Below the pieces are notes generated by a model that had not been told where the DNA came from, did not search any database, and saw only the letters and a list, made by a program, of their open reading frames with translations. Shown here in pieces: positions 38,166 to 48,159 of a stretch of DNA of 64,000 bases (positions are counted from its first letter, which is position 1; each line of letters opens with the position of its first letter). Location of the stretch: the IMG/VR virus record IMGVR_UViG_3300042893_001481. One strand, given 5' to 3'. The DNA comes from a virus. The translations under genes and the position numbers were made by a program.

Positions 38166-38462
38166 ATGCAAACAAAGATAAGACCGGTAAACAACGTAAA
38201 TCCGACAACGTTCAACGAATTGATATTCCAACCTCATCCAATGGGAGTAGGAAATCAATGTATAGTACAATTTCCAAATGGTTACGGGGCTAGTATCGTA
38301 AAGGGTGACCATACCTATGGTGGTAAAGATGGTTTATACGAATTGGCGGTCTTTGGTAAAGACGGTCACATAACATATGACACACCAATCACAGATGATG
38401 TACTTGGTTATTTAACAGAACAAGATGTTGAGGACACATTAAATAAAATCAAAGATTTATAA
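38166..38462 (+). CDS. Hypothetical phage protein
   Basis: [31 protein letters not shown]. Confidence 0.7.
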   Translation: MQTKIRPVNNVNPTTFNELIFQPHPMGVGNQCIVQFPNGYGASIVKGDHTYGGKDGLYELAVFGKDGHITYDTPITDDVLGYLTEQDVEDTLNKIKDL

Positions 38463-38463
38463 T

Positions 38464-38748
38464 ATGAAAAATGGAAATTGGTTAAAAACGTTATTAGTTT
38501 TTTTATCTTTAACGTCTTTTATTTTAACGTTTTTATTATATACAACCAATACAAGATATAATAAATTTGAGACTACGTATAAACTTGAAACTGATAGTTT
38601 ACAAGCTATAACAGATAGTTTACGTGAGGAAAATTTCATTTTAAATGTTGAAATTATGAGACATGAAATGTCGAGAGAAGGGGTGTTAGTAAAATACCCA
38701 AAGGTGAATAGTGAGTATCAAAAATTTTACGGACACGAAACAGAATAA
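38464..38748 (+). CDS. Membrane-anchored coiled-coil protein
   Basis: N-terminal TM segment, DSL repeats. Confidence 0.55.
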   Translation: MKNGNWLKTLLVFLSLTSFILTFLLYTTNTRYNKFETTYKLETDSLQAITDSLREENFILNVEIMRHEMSREGVLVKYPKVNSEYQKFYGHETE

Positions 38749-38749
38749 C

Positions 38750-39049
38750 ATGAATAAAAAAGAGACTGATTTACATATGGGTAATGGATATTTTATGAAT
38801 ATCAAAACCAGTAATAATGTGACGTTATATGAAGCATTTACAATTGACGATGACGGAACACCAATAAGGTTAAATGTACAAATAACGGCAGACTTTGCGG
38901 AAATACCCGAAAAATACCATGAAATATTTTTCAATGTTCTATCTTCAAAGTATTTAAATAAAGTAACCTTTACTGATAATCCATTCTCAATGTGTAAAAC
39001 CAATGAGAAAAGAAAGTGGTATCAATTTTGGAAACCAAAAAACACATGA
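38750..39049 (+). CDS. Hypothetical protein with KWYQFWK C-terminal motif
   Basis: Packed ORF. Confidence 0.55.
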   Translation: MNKKETDLHMGNGYFMNIKTSNNVTLYEAFTIDDDGTPIRLNVQITADFAEIPEKYHEIFFNVLSSKYLNKVTFTDNPFSMCKTNEKRKWYQFWKPKNT

Positions 39050-39210
39050 CAATGAAAACATATGAAATTATTGGGGGTTTTATGATTATTTCGGGTATAC
39101 TTATGGCGTATTTTATGTATGCCGCACCTGAAATGGATGAACAAGGAAGAATAACTAAACCAGGTAAAAAGTTTAGTGACCTGTTTAAAAAGAAAAAACG
39201 ATATTTATAA
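39046..39210 (+). CDS. Small membrane protein
   Basis: TM segment then APEMDE. Confidence 0.5.
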   Translation: MTMKTYEIIGGFMIISGILMAYFMYAAPEMDEQGRITKPGKKFSDLFKKKKRYL

Positions 39211-39213
39211 CAT

Positions 39214-39675
39214 ATGTCATATTCAGAAAAAGTGTTGGATCACTACTCAAATCCAAAAAATGTAGGAACTCTTGATAAGAGTAAACAAAATGTTGGAACG
39301 GGGTTGGTTGGTGCACCAGAATGTGGTGACGTAATGAGGTTACAGATTGAGGTGGTGGACAACATTATATTTGATGCTAAATTTAAAACTTTTGGGTGTG
39401 GTTCAGCGATAGCATCTTCGTCGGTGGCAACCGAATGGTTAAAAGGTAAAAGTATAGATGAGGCGTTAACGATTGATAACATGGATTTGGTTGAGGAATT
39501 AAATCTCCCACCAGTTAAAATACACTGTTCGGTATTGGCGGAGGACGCTATTAAATCCGCAATAAATGACTATAAAAAGAAGCAAGGATTACAAGAAATT
39601 AAATTCGAGGATATCTTTAATGAGGAAAAAAAAGAAAGTGTTAAACAGTTCATTTTAGAACACAAACAAAAATAA
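39214..39675 (+). CDS. iscU: Fe-S cluster scaffold IscU
   Basis: YSEKVLDHY.NPKNVG, GAPECGDVMRLQI, FKTFGCGSAIASSS, LPPVKIHCSVLAEDAI. Confidence 0.97.
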   Translation: MSYSEKVLDHYSNPKNVGTLDKSKQNVGTGLVGAPECGDVMRLQIEVVDNIIFDAKFKTFGCGSAIASSSVATEWLKGKSIDEALTIDNMDLVEELNLPPVKIHCSVLAEDAIKSAINDYKKKQGLQEIKFEDIFNEEKKESVKQFILEHKQK

Positions 39676-39688
39676 AAAAATATAAATC

Positions 39689-39997
39689 ATGAGTTTTATT
39701 ATTGGGGGGGCTTGTGTTGATTGTATGGATACCGCTTGTGCAAATGTATGTCCGGTTGATTGTATTCACGGACCTATTGATATAGATGGATCAGGTTCAG
39801 AAGTGGGTAAACAAGGTAAAGATGCATTTCCTGGTGGACAGTTATATATAAATCCTGATACATGTATCAATTGTGGAGCGTGTGTTCCTGAATGTCCTGT
39901 TAGTGCAATTTATGAAGATGAAGATATTGCAATTAAAGCGGGTGATGAAGTATCAGTACATAAAAATTATGAGTTCTTTGGTTTAAAGTATAATTAA
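39689..39997 (+). CDS. 4Fe-4S dicluster ferredoxin
   Basis: CVDCMDTACANVCPVDCI and CINCGACVPECPVSAI. Confidence 0.93.
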   Translation: MSFIIGGACVDCMDTACANVCPVDCIHGPIDIDGSGSEVGKQGKDAFPGGQLYINPDTCINCGACVPECPVSAIYEDEDIAIKAGDEVSVHKNYEFFGLKYN

Positions 39998-39998
39998 T

Positions 39999-40328
39999 AT
40001 GATTACAATTGGTGATAATGCTCTTGAGCATGTCGTTGAATTAATGATGAGTCAAGGGTTAACTCCCGAGACTCATTTTTTGCGTGTAGGTGTTAAGGGA
40101 GGTGGGTGTAGTGGTTTATCATATGTTATGGATTTTGATGACACAACAACCGACATGGATGAGGTTATTGATTTGACTGTGTTGAGAGTTGTTGTTGACA
40201 AAAAATCTGTCTTGTACCTATATGGTACACAATTAGAATATTCCGACGGTCTGAACGGAAAGGGGTTCCATTGGGTGAATCCAAACGCATCACGTACTTG
40301 TGGATGTGGTGAAAGTTTTTCTTTATAA
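39999..40328 (+). CDS. iscA: A-type Fe-S carrier (IscA/HesB)
   Basis: LRVGVKGGGCSGLSY, NPNASRTCGCGESF. Confidence 0.95.
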   Translation: MITIGDNALEHVVELMMSQGLTPETHFLRVGVKGGGCSGLSYVMDFDDTTTDMDEVIDLTVLRVVVDKKSVLYLYGTQLEYSDGLNGKGFHWVNPNASRTCGCGESFSL

Positions 40329-40365
40329 TTTTTTTTTATCGTTTATTTTATTTATAATTTAAGAT

Positions 40366-40701
40366 ATGGAATACATCTTAACTTACGTTATTTTCATTGC
40401 GGGTTTATACTACATTGTTGGGTATAAAAAAATATGGAGTAAACTATTGATGTTTAAGTCACGAGAATATTGGATTAATTATAACACAATTGAATTTGCA
40501 TCTTGGATGGCAAAAGCAATCATCATTGTACCGGGGTTAATTTTTGGTATTGAATTATGGTACATGCATTTCTTTACATTACTAACATCATCATTATTGA
40601 TTTGGGCAAGTATGAGGAAGTCATTACCCACATTAATCTTATTCAACACAATATGGATTGTGATTTCTTTAACAATAATATTAAGACACATTTTAAATTA
40701 A
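40366..40701 (+). CDS. Integral membrane protein
   Basis: About four hydrophobic segments; KSLPTLILFNT. Confidence 0.65.
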   Translation: MEYILTYVIFIAGLYYIVGYKKIWSKLLMFKSREYWINYNTIEFASWMAKAIIIVPGLIFGIELWYMHFFTLLTSSLLIWASMRKSLPTLILFNTIWIVISLTIILRHILN

Positions 40702-40706
40702 AATAT

Positions 40707-40910
40707 ATGCTAGAATTTACAACTGAAACCAACCCAAGTGAGTTTTCTGAAGAAATCAAACGTAAGAATAATCTTGTTAGTAATCCAAATATCAACGACC
40801 AAATATTTTGGGAAAGTCTCGAAAAGTTAACAAAGTGTAGAGACTTGTTATCACTAGAAGAAGAAAATTTTATTAATAACCTTGCTAATAAATTTAAATA
40901 CTTACGTTAA
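40707..40910 (+). CDS. Hypothetical protein
   Basis: ATG at 40707 after previous stop; TAATG coupling to next gene. Confidence 0.5.
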   Translation: MLEFTTETNPSEFSEEIKRKNNLVSNPNINDQIFWESLEKLTKCRDLLSLEEENFINNLANKFKYLR

Positions 40911-41524
40911 TGAAAGTGTTAGAATTATTTGCTGGTAGTCGTTCGGTTGGTAAGATAGCTGAAGGTTTAGGTATGGAGGTATTCTCTTCTGATCTTACAC
41001 CATTTGAAGGTATTCACTACCCTGTGAGTATCCTTGATTTTGATGTAACCAAGGTACCATTTCAACCCGATGTTATTTGGGCATCACCACCATGTACTGG
41101 ATTTAGTGTTGCAGCAATTGGACATCATTGGGCTGGAGGTAAAGGTGCATACATTCCCAAAACAGACACAGCACGATTAGGTATTGAGTTAGTTAAGAAA
41201 ACAATAGAAGTGATAGAACACTTTAATCCAACATACTGGTTCATTGAGAATCCTCGTGGGGTTCTTCGTAAGATGCCGTTCATGGAAGGTTATAAAAGAA
41301 ATACCGTTACATATTGTCAGTATGGTGATGAACGTATGAAACCAACCGACATATGGACCAATAGTGATTTGTGGACTCCTCGTAAAATGTGTAAGAATGG
41401 TGACCCTTGTCACGTCGCGGCACCAAGAGGATCACGAACTGGAACACAAGGTAGAGCCAATGCTTATGAGAGAAGTAAGATACCTGCCGAATTATGTTTA
41501 GAAATATTAAAAAGTTGTTTATGA
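40910..41524 (+). CDS. Compact C5 cytosine DNA methyltransferase
   Basis: VLELFAGS, WASPPC, IENP, YCQYG..KPT. Confidence 0.85.
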   Translation: MKVLELFAGSRSVGKIAEGLGMEVFSSDLTPFEGIHYPVSILDFDVTKVPFQPDVIWASPPCTGFSVAAIGHHWAGGKGAYIPKTDTARLGIELVKKTIEVIEHFNPTYWFIENPRGVLRKMPFMEGYKRNTVTYCQYGDERMKPTDIWTNSDLWTPRKMCKNGDPCHVAAPRGSRTGTQGRANAYERSKIPAELCLEILKSCL

Positions 41525-41620
41525 TTGAAATGTTAACAATTATTGGATTTGTATTATTTGCAACACTATCGGTGTTCGGATTAATAAACATGTTGATACA
41601 AATTAAAAGATTACCAAATA

Positions 41621-42301
41621 ATGAAGATTAAACACCCACTAGTTAAAGGTGTAGTTAAAGAAGTATCCCCAAGAATATATTGTGTAACTGTCGATGATGA
41701 TTACGACAGGGCAATGTTATTTTGTCGTTACCAAGAGTTTTACGAATCACCATATAAGAAGTTCAGAGGTAAACCATTTACTTGGATGGAATATATGAGA
41801 CATTATAAATCGGCATGGAAGAAAAGAACATTTACATATCCCGACGATTGGTCTGGATATAATATTCCATGTAATATAGTTCAACGAGCTAATGGTATTT
41901 TTTGTAAAGACACAGAGTATGATGAAATAATGAATGACATTTATTTTTATTGTGCAATTGACTCACAAAATAAAAATAATGGAACAAGATGTGATTGGTA
42001 TTTGATTGGGGCAAGTAGTAAGGATTTAAAAACAATGGATCATGAAATTGCACATGGTTTATATTTCACCAACAAGGATTATAAGAAAAAGGTAAATAAA
42101 ATCATTGGTAATGTTAAACCAACCCATTACACAAAATTAAAAAATAAATTAATCAAAATGGGTTATGTGAATGATAAGAAAATCATAGATGATGAAATTC
42201 AAGCGTTTATGTCAACAGGGTTATATAACGGTTTAGATATAAAAGAATTAAAAATATATCAAAACGAATTTAAAAAGAATTTTCGTAACTTTACAAAATA
42301 A
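41621..42301 (+). CDS. Hypothetical protein with HExxH zincin-like motif
   Basis: HEIAH, DEIQAF. Confidence 0.55.
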   Translation: MKIKHPLVKGVVKEVSPRIYCVTVDDDYDRAMLFCRYQEFYESPYKKFRGKPFTWMEYMRHYKSAWKKRTFTYPDDWSGYNIPCNIVQRANGIFCKDTEYDEIMNDIYFYCAIDSQNKNNGTRCDWYLIGASSKDLKTMDHEIAHGLYFTNKDYKKKVNKIIGNVKPTHYTKLKNKLIKMGYVNDKKIIDDEIQAFMSTGLYNGLDIKELKIYQNEFKKNFRNFTK

Positions 42302-42445
42302 AACAGATGATATGAAAAATATAGTTGAAAACATATTTAAAGTATTCTTGTTCGTGGTGATGATTTCATTAGGAACTTTTTTATTTATTATGATGTCCAT
42401 TTTAATGTATACAATTGCAACAGGAGTTTACCACGAATTATTTAA

Positions 42446-42976
42446 ATGATACAAATGAGAGGTAAAGTAATTTTTATAGATGTTGATGGTCCATTATCGT
42501 GGGGGACTTGGGATGAAGGTAAGGTAAAAATATTGGAAGGAACTAAAAGTGAATTCACAATACCATACCCGTGGGTTAAAGAAGATTGTGATGCATTGGC
42601 TGAAATTATAAAACAAACTGATGCCAGTTTAGTGGTATCATCTGATTGGAAAAAGCATTTTGGTATTCTTAACTTAGCTATGATATTCGAACATTATGGT
42701 ATTGGTAGATGGAACGTATTAGATACTACAACCCACTTCAATCCCAAAAAGAAAATGAGTTCATCAAATCAATGGGATAGGGCGTGTGAAATTGAGACAT
42801 GGGTTAAATCATTCAAACCTACCAATTGGATTTCTATTGATGATATGCAACTAAACTTTGGATATAAATCATTAGGTATCCCACAATTTCATCACGTACA
42901 AGTTGATGGTGATTGGGGTAAAGGTGGTAAGTTGAGAGATAAGATTGATGAATGCGTTAAAAAATTAAACAGATAA
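42446..42976 (+). CDS. HAD-superfamily protein (Swiss Army Knife RNA-repair-like HAD)
   Basis: FIDVDG, VVSSDW, SIDD. Confidence 0.75.
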   Translation: MIQMRGKVIFIDVDGPLSWGTWDEGKVKILEGTKSEFTIPYPWVKEDCDALAEIIKQTDASLVVSSDWKKHFGILNLAMIFEHYGIGRWNVLDTTTHFNPKKKMSSSNQWDRACEIETWVKSFKPTNWISIDDMQLNFGYKSLGIPQFHHVQVDGDWGKGGKLRDKIDECVKKLNR

Positions 42977-42979
42977 ATT

Positions 42980-43147
42980 ATGGGATTATTAATTGGTATT
43001 GGTTGTAGTTTCGTATTGGCGGCAATTGTTTCATTCTTTTGGGTTAGGGGTATTGACTACATGCATAAGAATCACCCTGATTACACAGGAGACGATTTAT
43101 TCGGGATTTTTGATGAAGATGATAAAAACAACACCGGTCAGAAGTAA
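42980..43147 (+). CDS. Small membrane-anchored protein (55 aa)
   Basis: MGLLIGIGCSFVLAAIVSFFWVRGIDYMHKNHPDY...; better-supported frame than the 42993 ORF. Confidence 0.55.
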   Translation: MGLLIGIGCSFVLAAIVSFFWVRGIDYMHKNHPDYTGDDLFGIFDEDDKNNTGQK

Positions 43148-43176
43148 AAGTTCGATTTTCATATATTTATATTAAT

Positions 43177-44712
43177 ATGAAGAATAACTTAATTGAAGAA
43201 TTAAAAAGGATTCACACAATCACTTACGGTGAAAATGTGGTGAATGAATCATTTATGTCTGATTTATTATCTAAATCAAATAAAGAACCTGAAGAGGTAA
43301 AAAAAGTAGATAATCAAAAAACAGCCGATTACGTAACTAATGATGTTACTAAATTTTTAGATACATTAAAAAATATAGACCAACCTTTATTCCAACAAAG
43401 AGTTGGAAGTATGGAATATCAAACCGATGTTGAGTCAGTTCAAATAGGTTTAATGTTATTAGGTTATAACTTACCATTGCACGGTGTTGATGGTTTATTT
43501 GGTCCTGAAACGGCAAAAGCGGTAAATCAATACAAGAAAGATAACAATATTACAGATAAAGATACAATTGAAGAATCATCAATCCCGATGAGGATATTAA
43601 TAGAATCCGCCTTAATTCATGAGGCAGCATTAATGGAACCTGTTCCTATCGATTCTAATAGTGTTAATTCTCCATTTGGTGAAAAAAGAAGTTATGAAAC
43701 CCACCCTGGTGTGGATTTAAGGGCTAAATCGGGAACACCCGTTAAGTCACCAGCTGAAGGTGTAGTGACAAAAGCAGGAGAAACACCAAGATGTGGAGGA
43801 ACGATAATTATTAAACACGGAAGTGGATTTCAATCTGGATTTTGTCATATTAAAGATATTAAAGTAACTCAAGGACAAAATGTTAATGCGGGAGATATTG
43901 TGGGTTTAAGTGGTGGAGATGCTAACGACTCTGGTAAAGGTAATTCTAGAGGGGCTCACCTACATTTTACATTAAGAAAAGATGGACAATTAGTTAACCC
44001 AATGAATTTTATAGGTAAAGGTGGTTATGATTTCTCAACACCTAACCAATCAAGTAACGGAAGTGAGTCGGTTATAAGTCCCGAAATGGTTGATTCAATG
44101 GTCTCTAAATTGTTAGTTAAAAATTTAAAACCTAGTGACTTAGACCCATATATAGATAAGGCATCCACAACAGGTGGTGGTATATTATTTACAGATTTAG
44201 ATTTAACAACCAATGAGGGTCAAAATGCATATTCTGAAATATGTGATAAATTTATTAAAACCAGACCACCTAACTTATTGGGTATTAAAGGTAATATGTT
44301 AACCCAAGGAGCTAAAAACGCCTTCCAAAAGTATAATAAGTATGTTCCACCTGAATTGGCTTTAGCTCAATTGGCTACCGAAGGAGGTATTGGAAACTCG
44401 GACCCTAAAAGTAGACCAATTAGAACAAACAATCCATTTAACGTAGGAAATACAGATTCAGGAGCAAACGTTCAACATGGTACCGTTCAGAGTGGTATTG
44501 ACACATATTATAATTTAATTGCAAGGAGTTACTTGGTAAAAGGTAAAACCGCTAATGATTTATTGGCAAACTTTGTCAATAAAAACAACCAAAGATATGC
44601 AAGTGGTGGATATGAGAAGTCTATTAATAAAATTGCGGCTCAAGCAAATAGAATCGCGGCTCCAATTTATGCTTCTCTTAATAAGAACAAATCAACCGAT
44701 ACTTACGTGTAA
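43177..44712 (+). CDS. Cell-wall hydrolase: peptidoglycan-binding domain + M23 peptidase + lysozyme-like domain
   Basis: GVDGLFGPET..AV, HPGVD and HLHF M23 motifs, ALAQLATEGG..NNPFNVG..RYA. Confidence 0.85.
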   Translation: MKNNLIEELKRIHTITYGENVVNESFMSDLLSKSNKEPEEVKKVDNQKTADYVTNDVTKFLDTLKNIDQPLFQQRVGSMEYQTDVESVQIGLMLLGYNLPLHGVDGLFGPETAKAVNQYKKDNNITDKDTIEESSIPMRILIESALIHEAALMEPVPIDSNSVNSPFGEKRSYETHPGVDLRAKSGTPVKSPAEGVVTKAGETPRCGGTIIIKHGSGFQSGFCHIKDIKVTQGQNVNAGDIVGLSGGDANDSGKGNSRGAHLHFTLRKDGQLVNPMNFIGKGGYDFSTPNQSSNGSESVISPEMVDSMVSKLLVKNLKPSDLDPYIDKASTTGGGILFTDLDLTTNEGQNAYSEICDKFIKTRPPNLLGIKGNMLTQGAKNAFQKYNKYVPPELALAQLATEGGIGNSDPKSRPIRTNNPFNVGNTDSGANVQHGTVQSGIDTYYNLIARSYLVKGKTANDLLANFVNKNNQRYASGGYEKSINKIAAQANRIAAPIYASLNKNKSTDTYV

Positions 44713-44775
44713 TTCCCCAAAAACACTTTTTAATACAAAATAATAAGTTTATATTCATATTATAAATTTATTATT

Positions 44776-45138
44776 ATGCCAAACGAAATTTGTATTTTAT
44801 GTGGTAAAGAAACCACAACCAACATTAACACACACGTAGATTTTAGAACTGGTTACATAGAGGGTGCTGGTCAACTATGTTTAGAATGTCACCTTAAAGG
44901 TGGTCCTGAGAGTAGAGACATGATTACCATCCCAAAACATTACGTGACAACGTACCCCAACAATTTTGAGTTAGGGGGTAAAATTAGACAATATTTTTAC
45001 GAAAATTATGGTATGGAAAAGATTGACACAACGAGTCAATGGGTTTGTGAATATTGTGGTGGAGACACCTCAAATGTGGATACCGACTATTTGGTTAATA
45101 CCAACCATCTCGAATGTGTTCTTAAAATGAATGTGTAA
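44776..45138 (+). CDS. Cys-rich (Zn-finger-like) phage protein
   Basis: CILCG, YIEGAGQLCLEC, CEYCG. Confidence 0.65.
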   Translation: MPNEICILCGKETTTNINTHVDFRTGYIEGAGQLCLECHLKGGPESRDMITIPKHYVTTYPNNFELGGKIRQYFYENYGMEKIDTTSQWVCEYCGGDTSNVDTDYLVNTNHLECVLKMNV

Positions 45139-45193
45139 TGATACAAATACTATAATTGGAGTATTTATATACATATAAGAAATTTTAACAGAT

Positions 45194-46576
45194 ATGAGAG
45201 AATTTAAAAAAAGTGAATTGATAACGATGTTGAACGAAAACTCGTTAGAAATGGACATAGACGAATTAGCTGACTTTAAAAAACAACAAGGAACTGAAAA
45301 GTCTTGGGAACCAATCATGAGTGAACCTCAAGATAGTAAAGGTTACGAGGGTTCATATAAAGCCAGAGGTTCTGAGTTAAGATCAGGTAAGGCTAAAGGT
45401 AGTCATATTGGACACAAAATCTTAGACAAAACCACTAAACAACCAATTGTTATTATTTACCCATGTCTTAGTCAAATTGATGAGTTTATTCAAACACATC
45501 AATCGGCAATTAATGCGTTAAAAGAAGAATATGGTAAATTTTACATATCAAAAAAGAAAACAAACCCAACTTGCGAACCTCGAGTAACAACCGGAGAATT
45601 TGAAGTATATGAACCAGAAGGTGAACGTCAAACAATTGATGCAAGAGTAAGATTTGATAGTGAGATAGCTGACGCCGAGTACATCAAAAGGTATATGTTA
45701 TATCCAATTGCTCAACGGACAATTAATAGTCAAGTTCAAGATTATTTAGAAAAAAATAGTATTCCAAAAATCAGTATTAATGAAAGAGCTTTCTTAGATA
45801 GACATAGTAAATTTACTAATAATGCATTTACATATCAAACACTTTCATTTAATTCATATGAAAATGTTAGGGATTACTACAATTCAGCGGTAAGAAATGT
45901 AAATGGTGTAACAAGTGCCGATGAAAAATTTTATAGAGAACACCATTTAGGTCGTCAATTTAATAAAGTTTATGACAACTGGGATAAAACTAAAAAGAGT
46001 TCTGGTCGATGGGAAGGGTTTACTGAATTGTACAATTTAGAAAAATATGGTTTATCACCAACAACGTTTGATACTTGTGTGACTTCATTGTTAACTATCG
46101 ATGGTATGTTAGGTCAAGGTGTTACTCAATATTATAAAATCAATGCAACGTTTAAAACCGAACATGGTAAAAACATTAGAAACAATGGTCAAATAGAGAG
46201 AGCAAAATTGGCTGAAGATTATAATTTTACCGCTTCAAGAACTATTGATTTGGAAGAAAATCCATTGAGTGGTGACATATCGAGTAAAGATACAATTGCA
46301 AACAACGAGGCAATCAGACAAGGATTACAAGAAGTTCTAAGTGAGATTGTACAACAAATCATGGAAATACCAATCCCTGAACAATTAACAAGAGCTAAGA
46401 TTGTAAACTACGAATTGAGTGATGAACAACGTGCAGAAATCAGATCAAATAGAGCGGCACGTTTAGCGGCGTTTAACGATGATGAAGAACAAACACAAGG
46501 ACAAGAAGAACCACAACTTAATGAAAGTTATGTTAATTCAATTGTTCAAAATGTAATGAAGAGAATAATTAAATAA
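45194..46576 (+). CDS. Hypothetical protein, possibly head-associated
   Basis: TATTTATA upstream; N-terminal KKSELITMLNE and C-terminal LNES..IV..V. Confidence 0.55.
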   Translation: MREFKKSELITMLNENSLEMDIDELADFKKQQGTEKSWEPIMSEPQDSKGYEGSYKARGSELRSGKAKGSHIGHKILDKTTKQPIVIIYPCLSQIDEFIQTHQSAINALKEEYGKFYISKKKTNPTCEPRVTTGEFEVYEPEGERQTIDARVRFDSEIADAEYIKRYMLYPIAQRTINSQVQDYLEKNSIPKISINERAFLDRHSKFTNNAFTYQTLSFNSYENVRDYYNSAVRNVNGVTSADEKFYREHHLGRQFNKVYDNWDKTKKSSGRWEGFTELYNLEKYGLSPTTFDTCVTSLLTIDGMLGQGVTQYYKINATFKTEHGKNIRNNGQIERAKLAEDYNFTASRTIDLEENPLSGDISSKDTIANNEAIRQGLQEVLSEIVQQIMEIPIPEQLTRAKIVNYELSDEQRAEIRSNRAARLAAFNDDEEQTQGQEEPQLNESYVNSIVQNVMKRIIK

Positions 46577-46631
46577 TTGGACCCATCCTTGGTAAGTATT
46601 CAAGGATTGACACACTAGTGTTTCAGTTAAC

Positions 46632-46662
46632 AATCCCTACAGAAATGTGGGGATTTTTTTTT
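46632..46662 (+). terminator. Rho-independent terminator
   Basis: AATCCCTAC-AGAAAT-GTGGGGATT followed by T-run. Confidence 0.8.
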
Positions 46663-46668
46663 ACATAT

Positions 46669-46699
46669 TTTGTTATATCATAAAAAATACGTAAATTTG
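46669..46699 (+). promoter_or_regulatory. Bacteroidota-type housekeeping promoter
   Basis: TTTG-N19-TAAATTTG. Confidence 0.7.
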
Positions 46700-46716
46700 C
46701 ATATAAACTTACTAAA

Positions 46717-47217
46717 ATGTCAACAAACTATTATCGAATACCCACAAAAGAAGAGATGTTAAAGAGACAACAGACTCTAATTCAACAAGTTACATCAATG
46801 GATATGTCTGTTGAAAACCTTGAAAGAGAAATGAAATATATTTCACCAACAAAAGATTGGGAATGGTTTTCACCTTGGGAAATGTTTATCAATGGAACAA
46901 ATATTCATTTAGGTAAAAGAAGTTCAGGTTGGAAGTTCTGTTGGAATTTTCACAAAGACAAATACTATCAAGATAAAGAAAGTCTACTTGAATTTATTCG
47001 TTCGGGTCGAGTGGTTAACGAATATGGGGAAGAATTAGAGGTGAATGAGTTTATTGTGATGGCACTTAATTGGGGTGAACCCGACGGTTTGGTTGTGGAC
47101 CAAGAATATAGAAAAGAACAACGTTCAAAAGGTATGGGTTCATTTTTTGATGACCCAAAATATGACGATAGAATTGTAGATGGACTTAGGGTTTCATCAT
47201 CAGATGATTTTTGTTAA
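46717..47217 (+). CDS. Hypothetical phage protein
   Basis: MSTNYY..IHLGKRSSGWKF..VNEYGE. Confidence 0.7.
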   Translation: MSTNYYRIPTKEEMLKRQQTLIQQVTSMDMSVENLEREMKYISPTKDWEWFSPWEMFINGTNIHLGKRSSGWKFCWNFHKDKYYQDKESLLEFIRSGRVVNEYGEELEVNEFIVMALNWGEPDGLVVDQEYRKEQRSKGMGSFFDDPKYDDRIVDGLRVSSSDDFC

Positions 47218-47234
47218 AATTATAAACATTTAAT

Positions 47235-47891
47235 ATGATATATGTATCAATAGACATCGAGACATCAGGTCTTGATCACGAGAAACACAAAGTATTATCT
47301 ATCGGTGCAATCATTGAAGATACCGAAAAGAAATTACCTTACGAGGAATGTCCTAAGTTCAATGCGATAGTTCTTCAAAATGAAATCATCGGTTCACCAA
47401 GGGCAATCACGATGAATGGAGGAATCATTCAAATGGTTGGTGAATATCTTGAGGGTACCGATGAGACTAAACATCTTATGCAAACACATTCCGATTATAG
47501 TTTTTATCATGAAGACGAGGTAACCAAAGAATTCTATATGTTTCTATGGTGTAATGGATTTTCACTTTTAGATTCACAATCAACTCATGTGAATGGAAAA
47601 TTAACACCAATCATTGATGGTAAAACTAAACCAATCACATTAAATGTTGCAGGTAAAAACTTTGGAACGTTTGATAAACTATTCTTACAAGAATTACCTT
47701 GGTGGCAAAAATTAATCCGTACTCGTCAAAGAGTATTGGACCCTGCAATATTAATGGTTGATTGGACAAATGATAAGTCATTACCAAACTTAACACAATG
47801 TAAAGAACGTGCGGGTGTTAATGGAATTGTTACCCACAACGCATTGGAAGATGCTTGGGATGTTATTGAAGTACTTAGAAAATTTTATTAA
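47235..47891 (+). CDS. DEDDh 3'-5' exonuclease
   Basis: SIDIETSG, NFGTFD, HNALEDA. Confidence 0.85.
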   Translation: MIYVSIDIETSGLDHEKHKVLSIGAIIEDTEKKLPYEECPKFNAIVLQNEIIGSPRAITMNGGIIQMVGEYLEGTDETKHLMQTHSDYSFYHEDEVTKEFYMFLWCNGFSLLDSQSTHVNGKLTPIIDGKTKPITLNVAGKNFGTFDKLFLQELPWWQKLIRTRQRVLDPAILMVDWTNDKSLPNLTQCKERAGVNGIVTHNALEDAWDVIEVLRKFY

Positions 47892-47892
47892 T

Positions 47893-48159
47893 ATGAAAAA
47901 AATCGTTTTATTAGTGGTATCGATAATGGGAGTGTTGTCGGTACAGTCATGTGTTAATTATAAAGTCAAAGTCGTTCGTCACGATGATAATAATGTTTTC
48001 TATATACCAACACAAAGAGTTGGGTTTGTATGGAAGGAATCTTATTTTGCTCACTCATCATTGAGTAGTGCAAACAGGGAAATAAAAGAATGGATTACAA
48101 AGAAACAATTTATTAAAGAAATAAAACACCCAAAATATATTAACCATGAGAACCTCTAA
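47893..48159 (+). CDS. Putative lipoprotein
   Basis: MKKIVLLVVSIMGVLSVQSC lipobox-like. Confidence 0.55.
   Translation: MKKIVLLVVSIMGVLSVQSCVNYKVKVVRHDDNNVFYIPTQRVGFVWKESYFAHSSLSSANREIKEWITKKQFIKEIKHPKYINHENL

Noticed and set aside
42993-43175. 60-aa ORF from the track
   Set aside because: The overlapping ATG-initiated frame 42980..43147 is better packed and more protein-like.
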